Assembly (NCBI GenBank): GCA_964623205.1
Contig: CAZUQX010000010.1
Coordinates: forward strand, 5,152 to 69,151
Length of the DNA stretch: 64,000 nt
Direction: 5' to 3'
Source: an uncultured Candidatus Bathyarchaeia archaeon
GTDB lineage: Archaea > Thermoproteota > Bathyarchaeia > Bathyarchaeales > Bathyarchaeaceae
Shown here: piece by piece, positions 10,058 to 19,537 of the stretch
Numbering within the stretch: the stretch's first letter is position 1
How the letters are laid out: each line of letters begins with the position of its first letter
Program-made: the position numbers and the translations under genes
Notes under the pieces: generated by a model
Seen by the model: the letters and a program-made list of their open reading frames with translations, nothing else
Database searches by the model: none
What the model was told of the DNA's origin: nothing

Positions 10058-10079
10058 TATGAGAATTCTAGGTTTGTTT

Positions 10080-12323
10080 TCAGTCAGGTTTTACACCCCC
10101 TTTCCTTTGAATAGGTAACTTAACCGTGAAGACTGAACCTTCACCTTCTTTACTTTCTACCTTGATGTTGCCGTCATGAAGCTCGGCAAATCTCTTGGAG
10201 ATCGTCAAGCCTACACCCATGCCCTGAGCCTTGGTGGTGAAGAATGGGGTGAAGATCTTTCTCAAGTTTTCTTTTTTTATGCCATTGCCTGTGTCTTTGA
10301 AACTTATTTCGATGAAACCGTTTGTTTTTCTGGTTGAGATTTTCAGTGTTCCTCCTTTCTTTTCCATTGCTTGTATTCCGTTATTAGCCAAATTCACGAA
10401 AATGCTTTTTATCATCTCATTATCAACCTCTATTTTCGGTAGCTGATCTGTTTCTATGATGGCTTTCACGTTTTCTGGTGTTTTGACCTGTGAGAGAGTT
10501 TCTTTAATTGCCGCGTTGATATCGGTCTCCCTAAACGCGGGTTTTCTTGTTGATGCAAAACTTTGCACATCCTTCACTATTTTGTCTGCATATTCAATGG
10601 AATTGTGGATAGCTTGGAGTGTTTCTGTTGTTTTATGGGAAACTGGAAGACTTGACAATTCAGTGTTAATGAAGAATACTCCGTTTTCTATGGCTTGCAA
10701 GGGATTTCTAAGGTCATGTCCCACCATAGTTGCTGCTTGCCCGATCGCAGCCAATCTCTCGGATTTGACAAGTAATTCCTGAGACTTCTCCAATGCGATT
10801 GTTCTTTTCTCTACCAACTCTTCCAAGTGCTCAGAATAATTTCTCAACTCATTCTCCATCCGCTGCCGTTCAGTGATGTCCTTCGCTATAACAACAAAAC
10901 CTGTGGGGATGCCTGAAGGACCGCTAATAACGCTTACAGAGAACTCTACCGGAAATTCATGAGCGTCTTTCGCCAAGACAGCATATTCGAGATTTGTTAT
11001 CGAATTTTTCGTCAGAACGTCCTTTAAGGTTTTCACCGCTTTTTTTCGGTCCTTCTCTGCAACGAATCCAAAGGCACTTTTGCTAATTATTTCATCTTTT
11101 GTTGAGAACCCAAGCATATCTGCCGTTGCTTTGTTGCATTCAACTACGTTTCCCTGTAAATCAAGAACTACGATAGCGTCTGGAGACGAATTAAATATGC
11201 TTCGGAGCTTTTCCTCATTTTCTCTCAAAATCTTAGTTCGTTCTCTCACCTCTTCCTCTAGCTGCTCAGCGTATTTCTTACGTTGCTCTTCCAGCATTTT
11301 TCTTTCGGTGATGTCATGGAATACTACTAAATCTGCACTTTTGTTTTCGTATTCAATTTTCTTTGCAAGTACTTCAGTATATAGTATCTCACCGTTTTTT
11401 GTGTTAACTTCAATTTCGTATGGTTTAACGTGGATTCACGTCATTCTTTTTGCCAGATTCTTAATTAGAATAGCTTTGCTTTTCAGTGGGACAATATCTG
11501 TTTTGAAAAAGTTTTTTCCAAGCAACTCCTCTCTACTGAACCCAGTTAATTCTACTACCTTGTCGTTGATTTCCAGAAAATGACCCTTGTGATCAACAAT
11601 CACCACAGGTTCGGCGATGAGGTCCACCAGAGATTTGAAGTTATACTCGGCTTTGGTTAGTTGGTCCTGTGAGATTTCAAGCTCTCGTTTGGTTTGCTCC
11701 AATTCTCTTTCATGAGTAAAAAAAGTAGCGATGCCACTTCCCCCAATTTCCTTCGAGGTAACGAAAACAAGGGCTATAAATATATGGGCACAGGTATACG
11801 CAAAAACGACAAACTCTATTTCTGAACCCAACACTCTCTTTCCAAGTTCAGCTAAAGTGAAACTTACGGTGGCGAGCAAAAACATGAAGTCTGGAAGATT
11901 TCTTCGCTTCAAGATCGAGTAAATTGACACAAATATCGTAATCATTGATAAAACAGTGTATAAGATTACAGGCTGGGTGCCAACAGAAAATGGAAGAATT
12001 ATCAGTAATACTGCTGTGGCGGCAATGAAAAGAAATATTTTGAATGTTTTTCTGAAACTTTTCTGATTAAAAAAACTGGAAAAAACCGCAAGAAAGATGG
12101 CTGATACTGGGAATAAAGGACCCCAAGTGTATATGTTTTTCAGGATCTGCATATCTTCCCATCCGGTTACCATACTGGGTAACTGCATGAAAATGTTTGA
12201 AGCAAAAGCAATCATGAACATTAGTTTGCGTTTATCTCTATCTAACGAAAACAGGTAGCCGAAGATCGCCGTAAATGCCACTGAAAGAGCAATTAAATAG
12301 CTCCCTAATATTGCTGAGGACAA
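10080..12323 (-). pseudogene. Membrane-bound PAS-PAS sensor histidine kinase interrupted by one in-frame TGA (11436-11438)
   Basis: ORFs 11436-12323 (multi-TM region plus the first half of a PAS domain) and 10080-11297 (PAS + HisKA + HATPase) are in the same frame. The 46 codons upstream of the second ORF encode the missing PAS half (IHVKPYEIEVNTKNGEILYTEVLAKKIEYENKSADLVVFHDITERK). The H-box is MVGHDLRNPL, and the N, G1 and G2 boxes are present. Confidence 0.8.
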
Positions 12324-12656
12324 TCATGAATTCCCCCTCAACTCTCTTATGTAGTCGGGAAATTCATAGCCATTCTTTTCCTCAAATTCCAATCCTAACC
12401 TTGAGTACAAATTTCTGAGAATCGCTTGTTCTATCACTCGCGCTGCTGAAACCATCAGCCCCTCTAAACTAGCAGAAAAGACCTCTGGTTTCTCAGCAGC
12501 CTCTTCTAACTCCAAATGCGCATGGTTCGTCAAAAAATCATAAATAGCCTTTGCCCCCTCTTCTTTGAAAATCTGCTTCAGCGTCTCATCTACAACTTCA
12601 GCAAAAATATTGTTCCAGTTTTTGCATTCTTCCACGACATCAAGTCCATCGGACAC
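12324..12656 (-). CDS. Small acidic hypothetical protein, first gene of the sensor-kinase operon
   Basis: The 110-aa ORF ends with its stop directly abutting the start of the sensor ORF (12323/12324). It has no recognisable motif. Confidence 0.5.
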   Translation of the reverse strand: MSDGLDVVEECKNWNNIFAEVVDETLKQIFKEEGAKAIYDFLTNHAHLELEEAAEKPEVFSASLEGLMVSAARVIEQAILRNLYSRLGLEFEEKNGYEFPDYIRELRGNS

Positions 12657-12901
12657 TTTTCTCGTCTTCCACTACCCACTTCCGCCTAGCAGATGTTTTT
12701 AATCATTAAATTTAAATCATATGAAAGTGCAATATGTATTGCAATTAATGGCATTACTTCCGATTCCGAATCAAAATACACAAACGAGACACACCATTCA
12801 CGCTCCAAACAACCACCTATGAATGCACACTATTCGATAAACTCCAAAAACACGCCAAAAAACAATAAAAAGTAAATACCCCATCCTCTTCGTATTCACC
12901 A

Positions 12902-13846
12902 ATGGAGGAAAATAATTTGCACATTGCCCAAATAGGAACCGGAAGGGTCGGACGACCCACTGCTTACACAATAATGTCCGACAGACTGGCAGACACAATA
13001 ACCGTATGTGACGCGAAACCTGGTCTAGCAAAAGCCTTCGCCGAAGAACTAAGACACGTAACTGCAAGCCTAAACCTAGATATTGAAATTATTGCTTGCG
13101 AAAAGGATGAAGATGTTGCTGGTGCCGACATAATCTTAATTTCAGCTGGAAAACCAAGAACCCCGGGAGTAAGAATGAGTAGACGAGACCTAGCGGTCCA
13201 AAACGGACAAATAGTAAAATATATCACGGAATCAACGGCACCAAACAACCCAGACACAAAATATGTTGTGATCACTAATCCTGTTGATGCCATGGCAATG
13301 GTCTGCAAGAAATATTCTGAAGCAAAATTCGTGATCAGCACAGGAACCAATCTTGAATCGTTACGATTCCGGTCAAGATTAGCCAAATCTCTCAAAGTCC
13401 CGGTGTCTGCCGTGAAAGGCTGGGTTGGAGGAGAACATGGAAAAGATGCGATGATCCTATGGTCTACCGTCAAAGTCAACGACATTCCTCTTAAAGAATA
13501 TTTGAAAGAAAATGAAAAGACATTAAAAAAAGCCGAAATCGACTCCTATATGAAGGAAGTCTCAAAAACGATTGTAGACAACATTGGAGGAACCGAGTAT
13601 GGACCAGCAGCATCCTTCAGGGATATCATCAGAGCCATAACCAAAAATGCAAATGAAATCATGCCCATCGCTGCACCCCAAGAATTTGAAGATTTGCCTG
13701 AACCCATATTTGTCAGCATCCCCCGCAAACTCGGAAAAACAATTGGAGAAACAATATATGATGCTCTCCCAGCCGAAGAAAAAACTGGAATAAGAGAAGC
13801 AGCTGAAGCAATATATCAAAACTTCAGAACAACTATTCAAAAATAA
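12902..13846 (+). CDS. mdh: Malate/L-lactate dehydrogenase family (archaeal MDH-like)
   Basis: It has the NAD-binding motif IGTGRVG, the ITNPVD motif (VVITNPVDAM) and the catalytic region GEHG. Confidence 0.85.
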   Translation: MEENNLHIAQIGTGRVGRPTAYTIMSDRLADTITVCDAKPGLAKAFAEELRHVTASLNLDIEIIACEKDEDVAGADIILISAGKPRTPGVRMSRRDLAVQNGQIVKYITESTAPNNPDTKYVVITNPVDAMAMVCKKYSEAKFVISTGTNLESLRFRSRLAKSLKVPVSAVKGWVGGEHGKDAMILWSTVKVNDIPLKEYLKENEKTLKKAEIDSYMKEVSKTIVDNIGGTEYGPAASFRDIIRAITKNANEIMPIAAPQEFEDLPEPIFVSIPRKLGKTIGETIYDALPAEEKTGIREAAEAIYQNFRTTIQK

Positions 13847-13910
13847 TCTTAATTAGAGCACACATCATCTTTACCTTCTATCACTGTTAATGAGCGAGAG
13901 ATGACCCACA

Positions 13911-15386
13911 ATGAGAGGCAAAAGTGAAGTCTTGGTAATCGGGGCTGGTGTGGTTGGCTGTGCTATTGCAAGAGAGCTAGCAAAGTTCAAAATTGAGACT
14001 GTGCTGTTAGAGAAGGAGAATGATGTGTGTTCTGGCGTTAGTAAGGGTAACAGCGGAGTCCTTCATACCGGTCTCTACTATCCGAAAGGGAGTTTGAAGG
14101 CCAAGTTATGTGTTGAAGGAAGGCTGATGTTTCCAAAGTTGGCGAAGCAACTTGATGTGCCCTACAAACTCTGTGGAAAACATGTAATTGCTAGAACAGA
14201 CGAGGAACTTGAAGACTTAAAGGGCTTAAAAGCTGTGGGTGAAGGCAATGGAGTTCATGGATTAACCATAATCTCTGGGAGAGAACTGAAAAAGCGAGAG
14301 CCTAACGTAGATGCTCTTTACGCTTTATATTCCCCTGTGGCTGGAATCTTTCCCCCTTATCTTTTCACCATTGCCTTGGCTGAAAATGCCTTAAACAACG
14401 GTGTGAAAATTCACGTCAACACCAAAGTATTAGCAATAAAAGAAGTAAATGGCGGTTATGAAGTAGCAACAAATCAAGGAGTCTTCTACACTGACGTTAT
14501 TGTGAACAGTGCAGGTCTCTACGCAGATAGAATCACTGCAATGGTAGGCTTAGATAATTACAAACTCTATCCATGCCGGGGTGAATATCTCATCCTCGAC
14601 AAGAAGTGCAATGAACTAATCAACAGCATGATCTACCCAGTACCGCCAAAAGTTGCAGGGGTCCTGGGCGTTCATCTCACGCCCACACTAGATGGAAACA
14701 TATTGATTGGACCCAGCGCTGAATTCATCAACCAGCGAGAAGACTCAAGAACAACCAAAGAAAAGATCCAACAACTAATTGAGGGGGCAAAGAGTTTACT
14801 CCCATCCATCCCCCTAAACGAGATCATATACGCCTTCTCTGCAGTGAGATCTAAGATCACTCCACCAGAAGAGAAAGAGTCTCGCGACTTCATCATCCGA
14901 AAAGATGTTGAAAACTTCATCAACCTGATCGGAATCGAATCGCCTGGTCTCACGTCCTCTCCAGCTATCGCAAAAATGGTCGCTCAAATGATTAAGAGAA
15001 AAATGGATGTAAAAGAAAGAATAGACTTTGATCCTATAAGAAGAAGAACAACTCCATTTAGTGAATCATCACGAATAGAACAAGCCTCCTTAATCAAAGG
15101 AGACTCAGCATACGGCGAAATGGTATGTAGGTGTGAACAGGTATCCAAACGAGAAGTCCTAGACGCATTAAACAACCCCTTTTCAGCAAGAACAATATCT
15201 GCCGTGAAGTACCGTACTAGAGCCGGTATGGGTCGATGCCACGGAGGTTTCTGCCTACCCAAAATTGTAGAAATCCTAAAAAAGGAATATGGAATGCTCT
15301 CTGAAGAGATTAATTTGAAGAACCTAGACTCACCTCTGTTTATCGGAACAACCAAAGATCTGAGGGAGAAAGGAAAAAGTGAATGA
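13911..15386 (+). CDS. FAD-dependent oxidoreductase, GlpA-like (glycerol-3-phosphate dehydrogenase type) with a C-terminal BFD-like [2Fe-2S] domain
   Basis: It has the dinucleotide fold VLVIGAGVVGCAIARELA and a C-terminal CRCE...CHGGFC motif. Confidence 0.8.
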   Translation: MRGKSEVLVIGAGVVGCAIARELAKFKIETVLLEKENDVCSGVSKGNSGVLHTGLYYPKGSLKAKLCVEGRLMFPKLAKQLDVPYKLCGKHVIARTDEELEDLKGLKAVGEGNGVHGLTIISGRELKKREPNVDALYALYSPVAGIFPPYLFTIALAENALNNGVKIHVNTKVLAIKEVNGGYEVATNQGVFYTDVIVNSAGLYADRITAMVGLDNYKLYPCRGEYLILDKKCNELINSMIYPVPPKVAGVLGVHLTPTLDGNILIGPSAEFINQREDSRTTKEKIQQLIEGAKSLLPSIPLNEIIYAFSAVRSKITPPEEKESRDFIIRKDVENFINLIGIESPGLTSSPAIAKMVAQMIKRKMDVKERIDFDPIRRRTTPFSESSRIEQASLIKGDSAYGEMVCRCEQVSKREVLDALNNPFSARTISAVKYRTRAGMGRCHGGFCLPKIVEILKKEYGMLSEEINLKNLDSPLFIGTTKDLREKGKSE

Positions 15387-16632
15387 CTTCACATCTCGAG
15401 ATGTTGATCTAGTTGTAATCGGTGGAGGTCCAGCAGGACTCGCCGCAGCCATCAGCGCAAAGAAAAACGGCGTTCAGGATCTGATTATTATAGAAAGGAA
15501 CAATTGGCTCGGCGGCATCCTCCCACAATGTATACACGACGGCTTCGGTCTTGAACTCTTCCAAGAACCATTAACAGGGCCAGAATACGCTCAAAGATAT
15601 ATAGATGAAATGAAGGAATTAGAAATTCCATATATGCTTAATAGCATGGTGCTCGAGATCACACCTGAAAAAAAGGTGTTTGTAGCTAGCCCGAAGGGTC
15701 TGTTTTGTTTCCGCACCAAAGTAATAATCCTCGCCATGGGATGTCGTGAACGAACCCGGGGACAGATTTGCATTCCAGGGACCCGACCTGCGGGGGTGTA
15801 TACTGCAGGTGTCGCCCAGAACCTCATTAACTTAAAGAACGTGATGGTTGGCAAAGACGTAGTCATCCTCGGCTCGGGGGACGTAGGCATGATCATGGCT
15901 CGCCGACTTACCCTTGAAGGCGCTAAAGTCCATGCCGTAGTAGAGATTCTTCCTCACACCAATGGTCTACCGCGAAATATTCAACAATGCCTAATTGACT
16001 ACGAAATTCCCCTCCTTCTCTCTCACACCGTCACCGAAATCCAAGGACGAAATCGAGTTAGATCAATCACTATTTCCCCAGTAAACGAGAATTTGGAGCC
16101 AATTAAAGGAAAAGAAAAGAGGGTCACCTGTGATACTCTTCTCCTCTCTATAGGTTTGATCCCAGAAAACGACCTAGCAAATCCTTGCGGTGTTGAACTT
16201 AGCTCAGTTACAGGAGGAGCCATCGTCGATGAAAATCTTGAAACATCTGTGCCGGGCGTTTTTGCGTGTGGAAATGTTCTCCACGTCCACGATGTAGTGG
16301 ACTTCGTTACTCTTGAAGCGGAAAGAGCAGGGAAAAGCGCAGCAGAATACATCCTCGGAAAGCCACGAAAGGTGGAAAGAATCCGTGTAGAGGCAGGTAA
16401 CGGAATACGATATGTTTTACCCCACAGTATCCCCCGTGACACTGACCTTGAACTGTCGATTCGTGTGGTATGTCCTGGAGAAGGGATATCTATCGGATTC
16501 TTCGATGGGGAAAAACTGGTGAAGACTAAAAAGTTTCTAAAGGTTCATCCAGCTCAAATGATAAAGATAAAACTAAAAAGAAGCGAAACCAGAGCTATTC
16601 ACGCATTAAAAGCTGAGGTATTACAGAAATGA
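15379..16632 (+). CDS. NAD(P)/FAD pyridine nucleotide-disulfide oxidoreductase (GlpB-like partner)
   Basis: It has two Rossmann motifs (VVIGGGPAGLAAA; VVILGSGDVGMIMA) and overlaps the upstream gene by 8 nt. Confidence 0.8.
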   Translation: MNDFTSRDVDLVVIGGGPAGLAAAISAKKNGVQDLIIIERNNWLGGILPQCIHDGFGLELFQEPLTGPEYAQRYIDEMKELEIPYMLNSMVLEITPEKKVFVASPKGLFCFRTKVIILAMGCRERTRGQICIPGTRPAGVYTAGVAQNLINLKNVMVGKDVVILGSGDVGMIMARRLTLEGAKVHAVVEILPHTNGLPRNIQQCLIDYEIPLLLSHTVTEIQGRNRVRSITISPVNENLEPIKGKEKRVTCDTLLLSIGLIPENDLANPCGVELSSVTGGAIVDENLETSVPGVFACGNVLHVHDVVDFVTLEAERAGKSAAEYILGKPRKVERIRVEAGNGIRYVLPHSIPRDTDLELSIRVVCPGEGISIGFFDGEKLVKTKKFLKVHPAQMIKIKLKRSETRAIHALKAEVLQK

Positions 16633-16994
16633 AGAAAGAGATGATTTGTATCGGCTGTCCTCTGGGCTGCCCCCTCAGCGTTGACTACATCGGAAAAACA
16701 ATACTAAGCATTAATGGAAATCGATGCAATATCGGCTTAGAATATGCAGAAAAAGAGATTTTCAATCCTGAGAGAACGCTGACCACCACGGTGAGGATTA
16801 AAAACGGCCATCTCCCTCTGGTGAGCGTGAGAACCAGCAAGCCAATACCCAAAGATAGAATCTTCGACGCTATGAACTTACTGGCAAAAGTTGAGATAGA
16901 GGCACCCATCAGAATCGGAGAGACAATCATACAAAATCTCTTCGATACAAACGTGAGTGTAGTAGCTACAAAGAACATCTTGAAAAAAAGTTAG
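16629..16994 (+). CDS. DUF1667-type small Cys protein, third subunit of the GlpA-like trio
   Basis: It has the N-terminal motif CIGCPLGCPL and an ATGA overlap with the upstream gene. Confidence 0.7.
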   Translation: MKKEMICIGCPLGCPLSVDYIGKTILSINGNRCNIGLEYAEKEIFNPERTLTTTVRIKNGHLPLVSVRTSKPIPKDRIFDAMNLLAKVEIEAPIRIGETIIQNLFDTNVSVVATKNILKKS

Positions 16995-17001
16995 TGTTAG
17001 T

Positions 17002-17079
17002 TGGTAGCGGGGAGTTGATTTGAACAACCGATCTCTGGGTTATGAGCCCAGCGGGTTCACCTGGCTACCCCACCCCGCT
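17002..17079 (-). tRNA. tRNA-Met (CAT), initiator type, with encoded CCA
   Basis: The minus strand reads AGCGGGGTGGGGTAGCCAGGTGAACCCGCTGGGCTCATAACCCAGAGATCGGTTGTTCAAATCAACTCCCCGCTACCA. The acceptor pairs AGCGGGG/CCCCGCT with an A1:U72 end pair. The anticodon stem CTGGG/CCCAG has three G:C pairs next to the CAT loop, which is the archaeal initiator signature. Confidence 0.9.
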
Positions 17080-17300
17080 ACATTCAGGCTAACCCCCTTC
17101 GTCAACACTTGTTTTTTTAGCCCGCCGAGATAAACTCTGTCACGCCCTTTCTTAAGCTTTGCTTCTGAGATTTCACGAATGCCTAGTAACCCTTTTCCAG
17201 CACAGTTCACCAAAACCACATCTATAACACCGTTATAGATAAATATGGGGGAAACTATTTTAGTCATGTAGGAAACTTTCGGTTTGGTGGAGGCTTAAAG

Positions 17301-17543
17301 TTGGGTGACCAGAATAAACCTGACAAGGAACTTGATTGTGTGGGCCTTTACTGCCCTGAGCCCGTTTTCAGGACACGTCAAGAGATTGACAAATTGGACG
17401 TAGACCAAATTCTTGAGGTAATTGCGGATGACCCAGCGTCTGAACAAGACATCCCGCGTCTGGTCAAGAGACTTGGACATCAACTCCTCGAACTGCGCAA
17501 AGAAGACGATCAGTTTCATTTTATTATCAAGAAAATTAAATAG
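17301..17543 (+). CDS. tusA: TusA/SirA-family sulfurtransferase
   Basis: It has the CPxP active-site motif (LDCVGLYCPEPV) and is 80 aa long. It lies upstream of the cysteine desulfurase gene. Confidence 0.8.
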   Translation: MGDQNKPDKELDCVGLYCPEPVFRTRQEIDKLDVDQILEVIADDPASEQDIPRLVKRLGHQLLELRKEDDQFHFIIKKIK

Positions 17544-17558
17544 GAAGTATTTTAGCGA

Positions 17559-18734
17559 TTGAAAAAAGTGTATATGGACCACGGGGCTGGGATGCCCCTA
17601 GATTCCAGAGTCTTCGAAGTAATGAGACCGTATTTCTTCGAGAACTATGGCAATCCCTCTTCTTCACATTCTTTTGGGAACAGCGCCAAGGAAGCTTTGG
17701 CGGCTTCAAGAGAGAAGGTTGCCCAGCTGCTGGGGGCAGAGAAGCCTCAAGAGGTTATCTTCACTTCAGGAGGCACAGAATCTAACAATCTGGCGATTAA
17801 AGGGGTTGCTTTCCGTAATCGAGAGAAAGGGAATCACATAATCACCACAGCCATCGAGCACATATCCGTGATAAACATCTGCAAATACCTTCAGAAGCAG
17901 GGCTTCGAAGTATCTTACATTCCTGTGGACAAACAAGGTGTAATTGAACTCGAAAAACTCAAAGACACGATAACCGACAAAACCATCCTCATCTCAGTTA
18001 TGTATGCAAACGGCGAGATCGGAACCACTCAACCGATAAGGGAGATAGGAAAGCTAGCCCGGGAAAACCAGGTCATTTTCCATGTGGACGCCGTAGCTGC
18101 AGCGGGAAAGGTGCCTATCAACGTTGAGGAGGAAAACATCGATCTCCTATCTCTCTCTTCCAACGACATGTACGGACCAAAAGGAGTTGGAGCTCTCTAC
18201 ATAAAAAAGGGAACAAAAATTCAGCCAGTCATCCAAGGCGGAGGTCAAGAGAGAGGATTACGTTCTGGCACAGAAAACATTCCGGGCGTAGTTGGGATGG
18301 GCAAGGCGGCTGAGATTGCCCAAAGAGAGATGCAGAGTGAGGGCAAACGTTTGACCCAAATAAGGGACAAGCTGATTAAAGGTGTCTTAGACAATATTGA
18401 ATATTCTTTTCTGAACGGTCACCCTGTTGAGAGACTGCCTAACAACGCCAATCTCAGGTTTAGTTATATAGAAGGTGAGTCCCTCATCTTAGGTCTGGAT
18501 ATGCATGGAATTCAGGTGTCCTCGGGCTCCGCATGCACTTCAAAGACCTTGGAACCCTCTCATGTGTTATTGGCCATAGGCTTAGCTCACGAAGAGGCTC
18601 ACGGGTCTCTTGTCTTCACAATGGGCAAACAGAACTCCGAGGAGGACGTGGATTACGTGTTAACCGTATTGCCAGATGTGGTGAAGAGACTGAGAGCACT
18701 TTCACCGTTAACCCCGAAAGAAATCTTGAGGTGA
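17559..18734 (+). CDS. iscS: Cysteine desulfurase (IscS/NifS class)
   Basis: It shows the PLP-enzyme pattern (HVDAVAAAGK for the Lys, SSNDMYGPKG) and the active-site loop SSGSACTS. Confidence 0.9.
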   Translation: MKKVYMDHGAGMPLDSRVFEVMRPYFFENYGNPSSSHSFGNSAKEALAASREKVAQLLGAEKPQEVIFTSGGTESNNLAIKGVAFRNREKGNHIITTAIEHISVINICKYLQKQGFEVSYIPVDKQGVIELEKLKDTITDKTILISVMYANGEIGTTQPIREIGKLARENQVIFHVDAVAAAGKVPINVEEENIDLLSLSSNDMYGPKGVGALYIKKGTKIQPVIQGGGQERGLRSGTENIPGVVGMGKAAEIAQREMQSEGKRLTQIRDKLIKGVLDNIEYSFLNGHPVERLPNNANLRFSYIEGESLILGLDMHGIQVSSGSACTSKTLEPSHVLLAIGLAHEEAHGSLVFTMGKQNSEEDVDYVLTVLPDVVKRLRALSPLTPKEILR

Positions 18735-18739
18735 TGTGA

Positions 18740-19117
18740 ATGTATAGCGAGAAAGTTATGGATCATTTCATGAATCCCAGAAACGTAGGCGAAATTCCAA
18801 ACGCGGACGGTATAGGAACAGTAGGCAATCCCGTTTGCGGAGACCTCATGACGATGTACATCAAAGTTAAAGACGACAAGTTGGTGGATGTTAAGTTCAA
18901 GACTTTCGGTTGTGGAGCAGCCATAGCCACTAGCAGCATGACCACTGAACTCGCAATTGGGAAGACAATTGAAGAGGCAATGAAGATCACTAGAGCTGAT
19001 GTAGCGGAGAACCTTGGAGGTCTTCCCCCCATCAAGATGCACTGTTCCAACCTAGCAGCAGACGCCTTACATGAAGCCATAAAAGACTACAAGAAAAAGA
19101 AAGAAGCAAAGAAATAA
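18740..19117 (+). CDS. iscU: Fe-S cluster scaffold IscU/NifU N-terminal type
   Basis: The three conserved cysteines are present (GNPVCGD, FKTFGCGAAIA, KMHCS). Confidence 0.9.
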   Translation: MYSEKVMDHFMNPRNVGEIPNADGIGTVGNPVCGDLMTMYIKVKDDKLVDVKFKTFGCGAAIATSSMTTELAIGKTIEEAMKITRADVAENLGGLPPIKMHCSNLAADALHEAIKDYKKKKEAKK

Positions 19118-19222
19118 TCACCTTATGATTGGGCGATAGAAGCCTATATTCTATTAGGCGCCTAATAACAGCTGATTGTTGAAAAACAGCTTTTTCTTGA
19201 AAACAGACGAGAGCACATCTTT

Positions 19223-19537
19223 TTAGGTTTTTTTGGATAGTGCCTTAAGGGTTCCGGAGACGCCTACAACATGAATGGCTGCGGTTTTTTTGTTTATCTC
19301 GAGGGTTGAGGCGATGGCAGCTCTGACCTTTTCAAGCGCTTTGTGGCTACAACGGATCACCAATTGGCTTTTCTGTGGAATATACTTTATCAATTTGAGG
19401 TTGGCTTGGCTGGCGCCATATTCACCAAAGAGCCTTTGAACTGAAGCTTCAACAGCATCCATAACTGTCCTTTCATTGAGAGGTTGTTCGCTCTGAACCT
19501 CAAGAGCCAAGTAGCGTCTTCTCTCTCTTCTAGGCAC
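19223..19537 (-). CDS. RNase P protein component Pop5 (Rpp14)
   Basis: It has RRYLALEV near the N-terminus and VSGTLK near the C-terminus. It is adjacent to the Rpp30 gene. Confidence 0.75.
   Translation of the reverse strand: MPRRERRRYLALEVQSEQPLNERTVMDAVEASVQRLFGEYGASQANLKLIKYIPQKSQLVIRCSHKALEKVRAAIASTLEINKKTAAIHVVGVSGTLKALSKKT

Noticed and set aside
11436-11438. Selenocysteine or alternative-code explanation for the in-frame TGA, and pyrrolysine for the TAG at 63585
   Set aside because: TGA terminates smc, the kinase itself and the desulforedoxin gene. TAG terminates the 491-1687 ORF, moaB and kae1 at sensible C-termini. No Sec or Pyl machinery genes, or a SECIS-like element that I could recognise, are in the window. 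A nonsense mutation or a sequence error is the more economical explanation, so I keep recoding only as a low-probability alternative.
11080-11583. Plus-strand 167-aa ORF spanning the junction of the two kinase fragments
   Set aside because: It is antisense to a continuous PAS-domain reading frame. The translation is Ser/Leu/Phe-rich with no motifs, so it is a shadow ORF.
17040-17267. 75-aa minus-strand ORF next to tusA
   Set aside because: Its 3' 40 nt run through the initiator tRNA gene (17002-17079) and the C-terminal residues are simply translated tRNA. The N-terminal part has no convincing family match. It may be a gene remnant, but I cannot support it.
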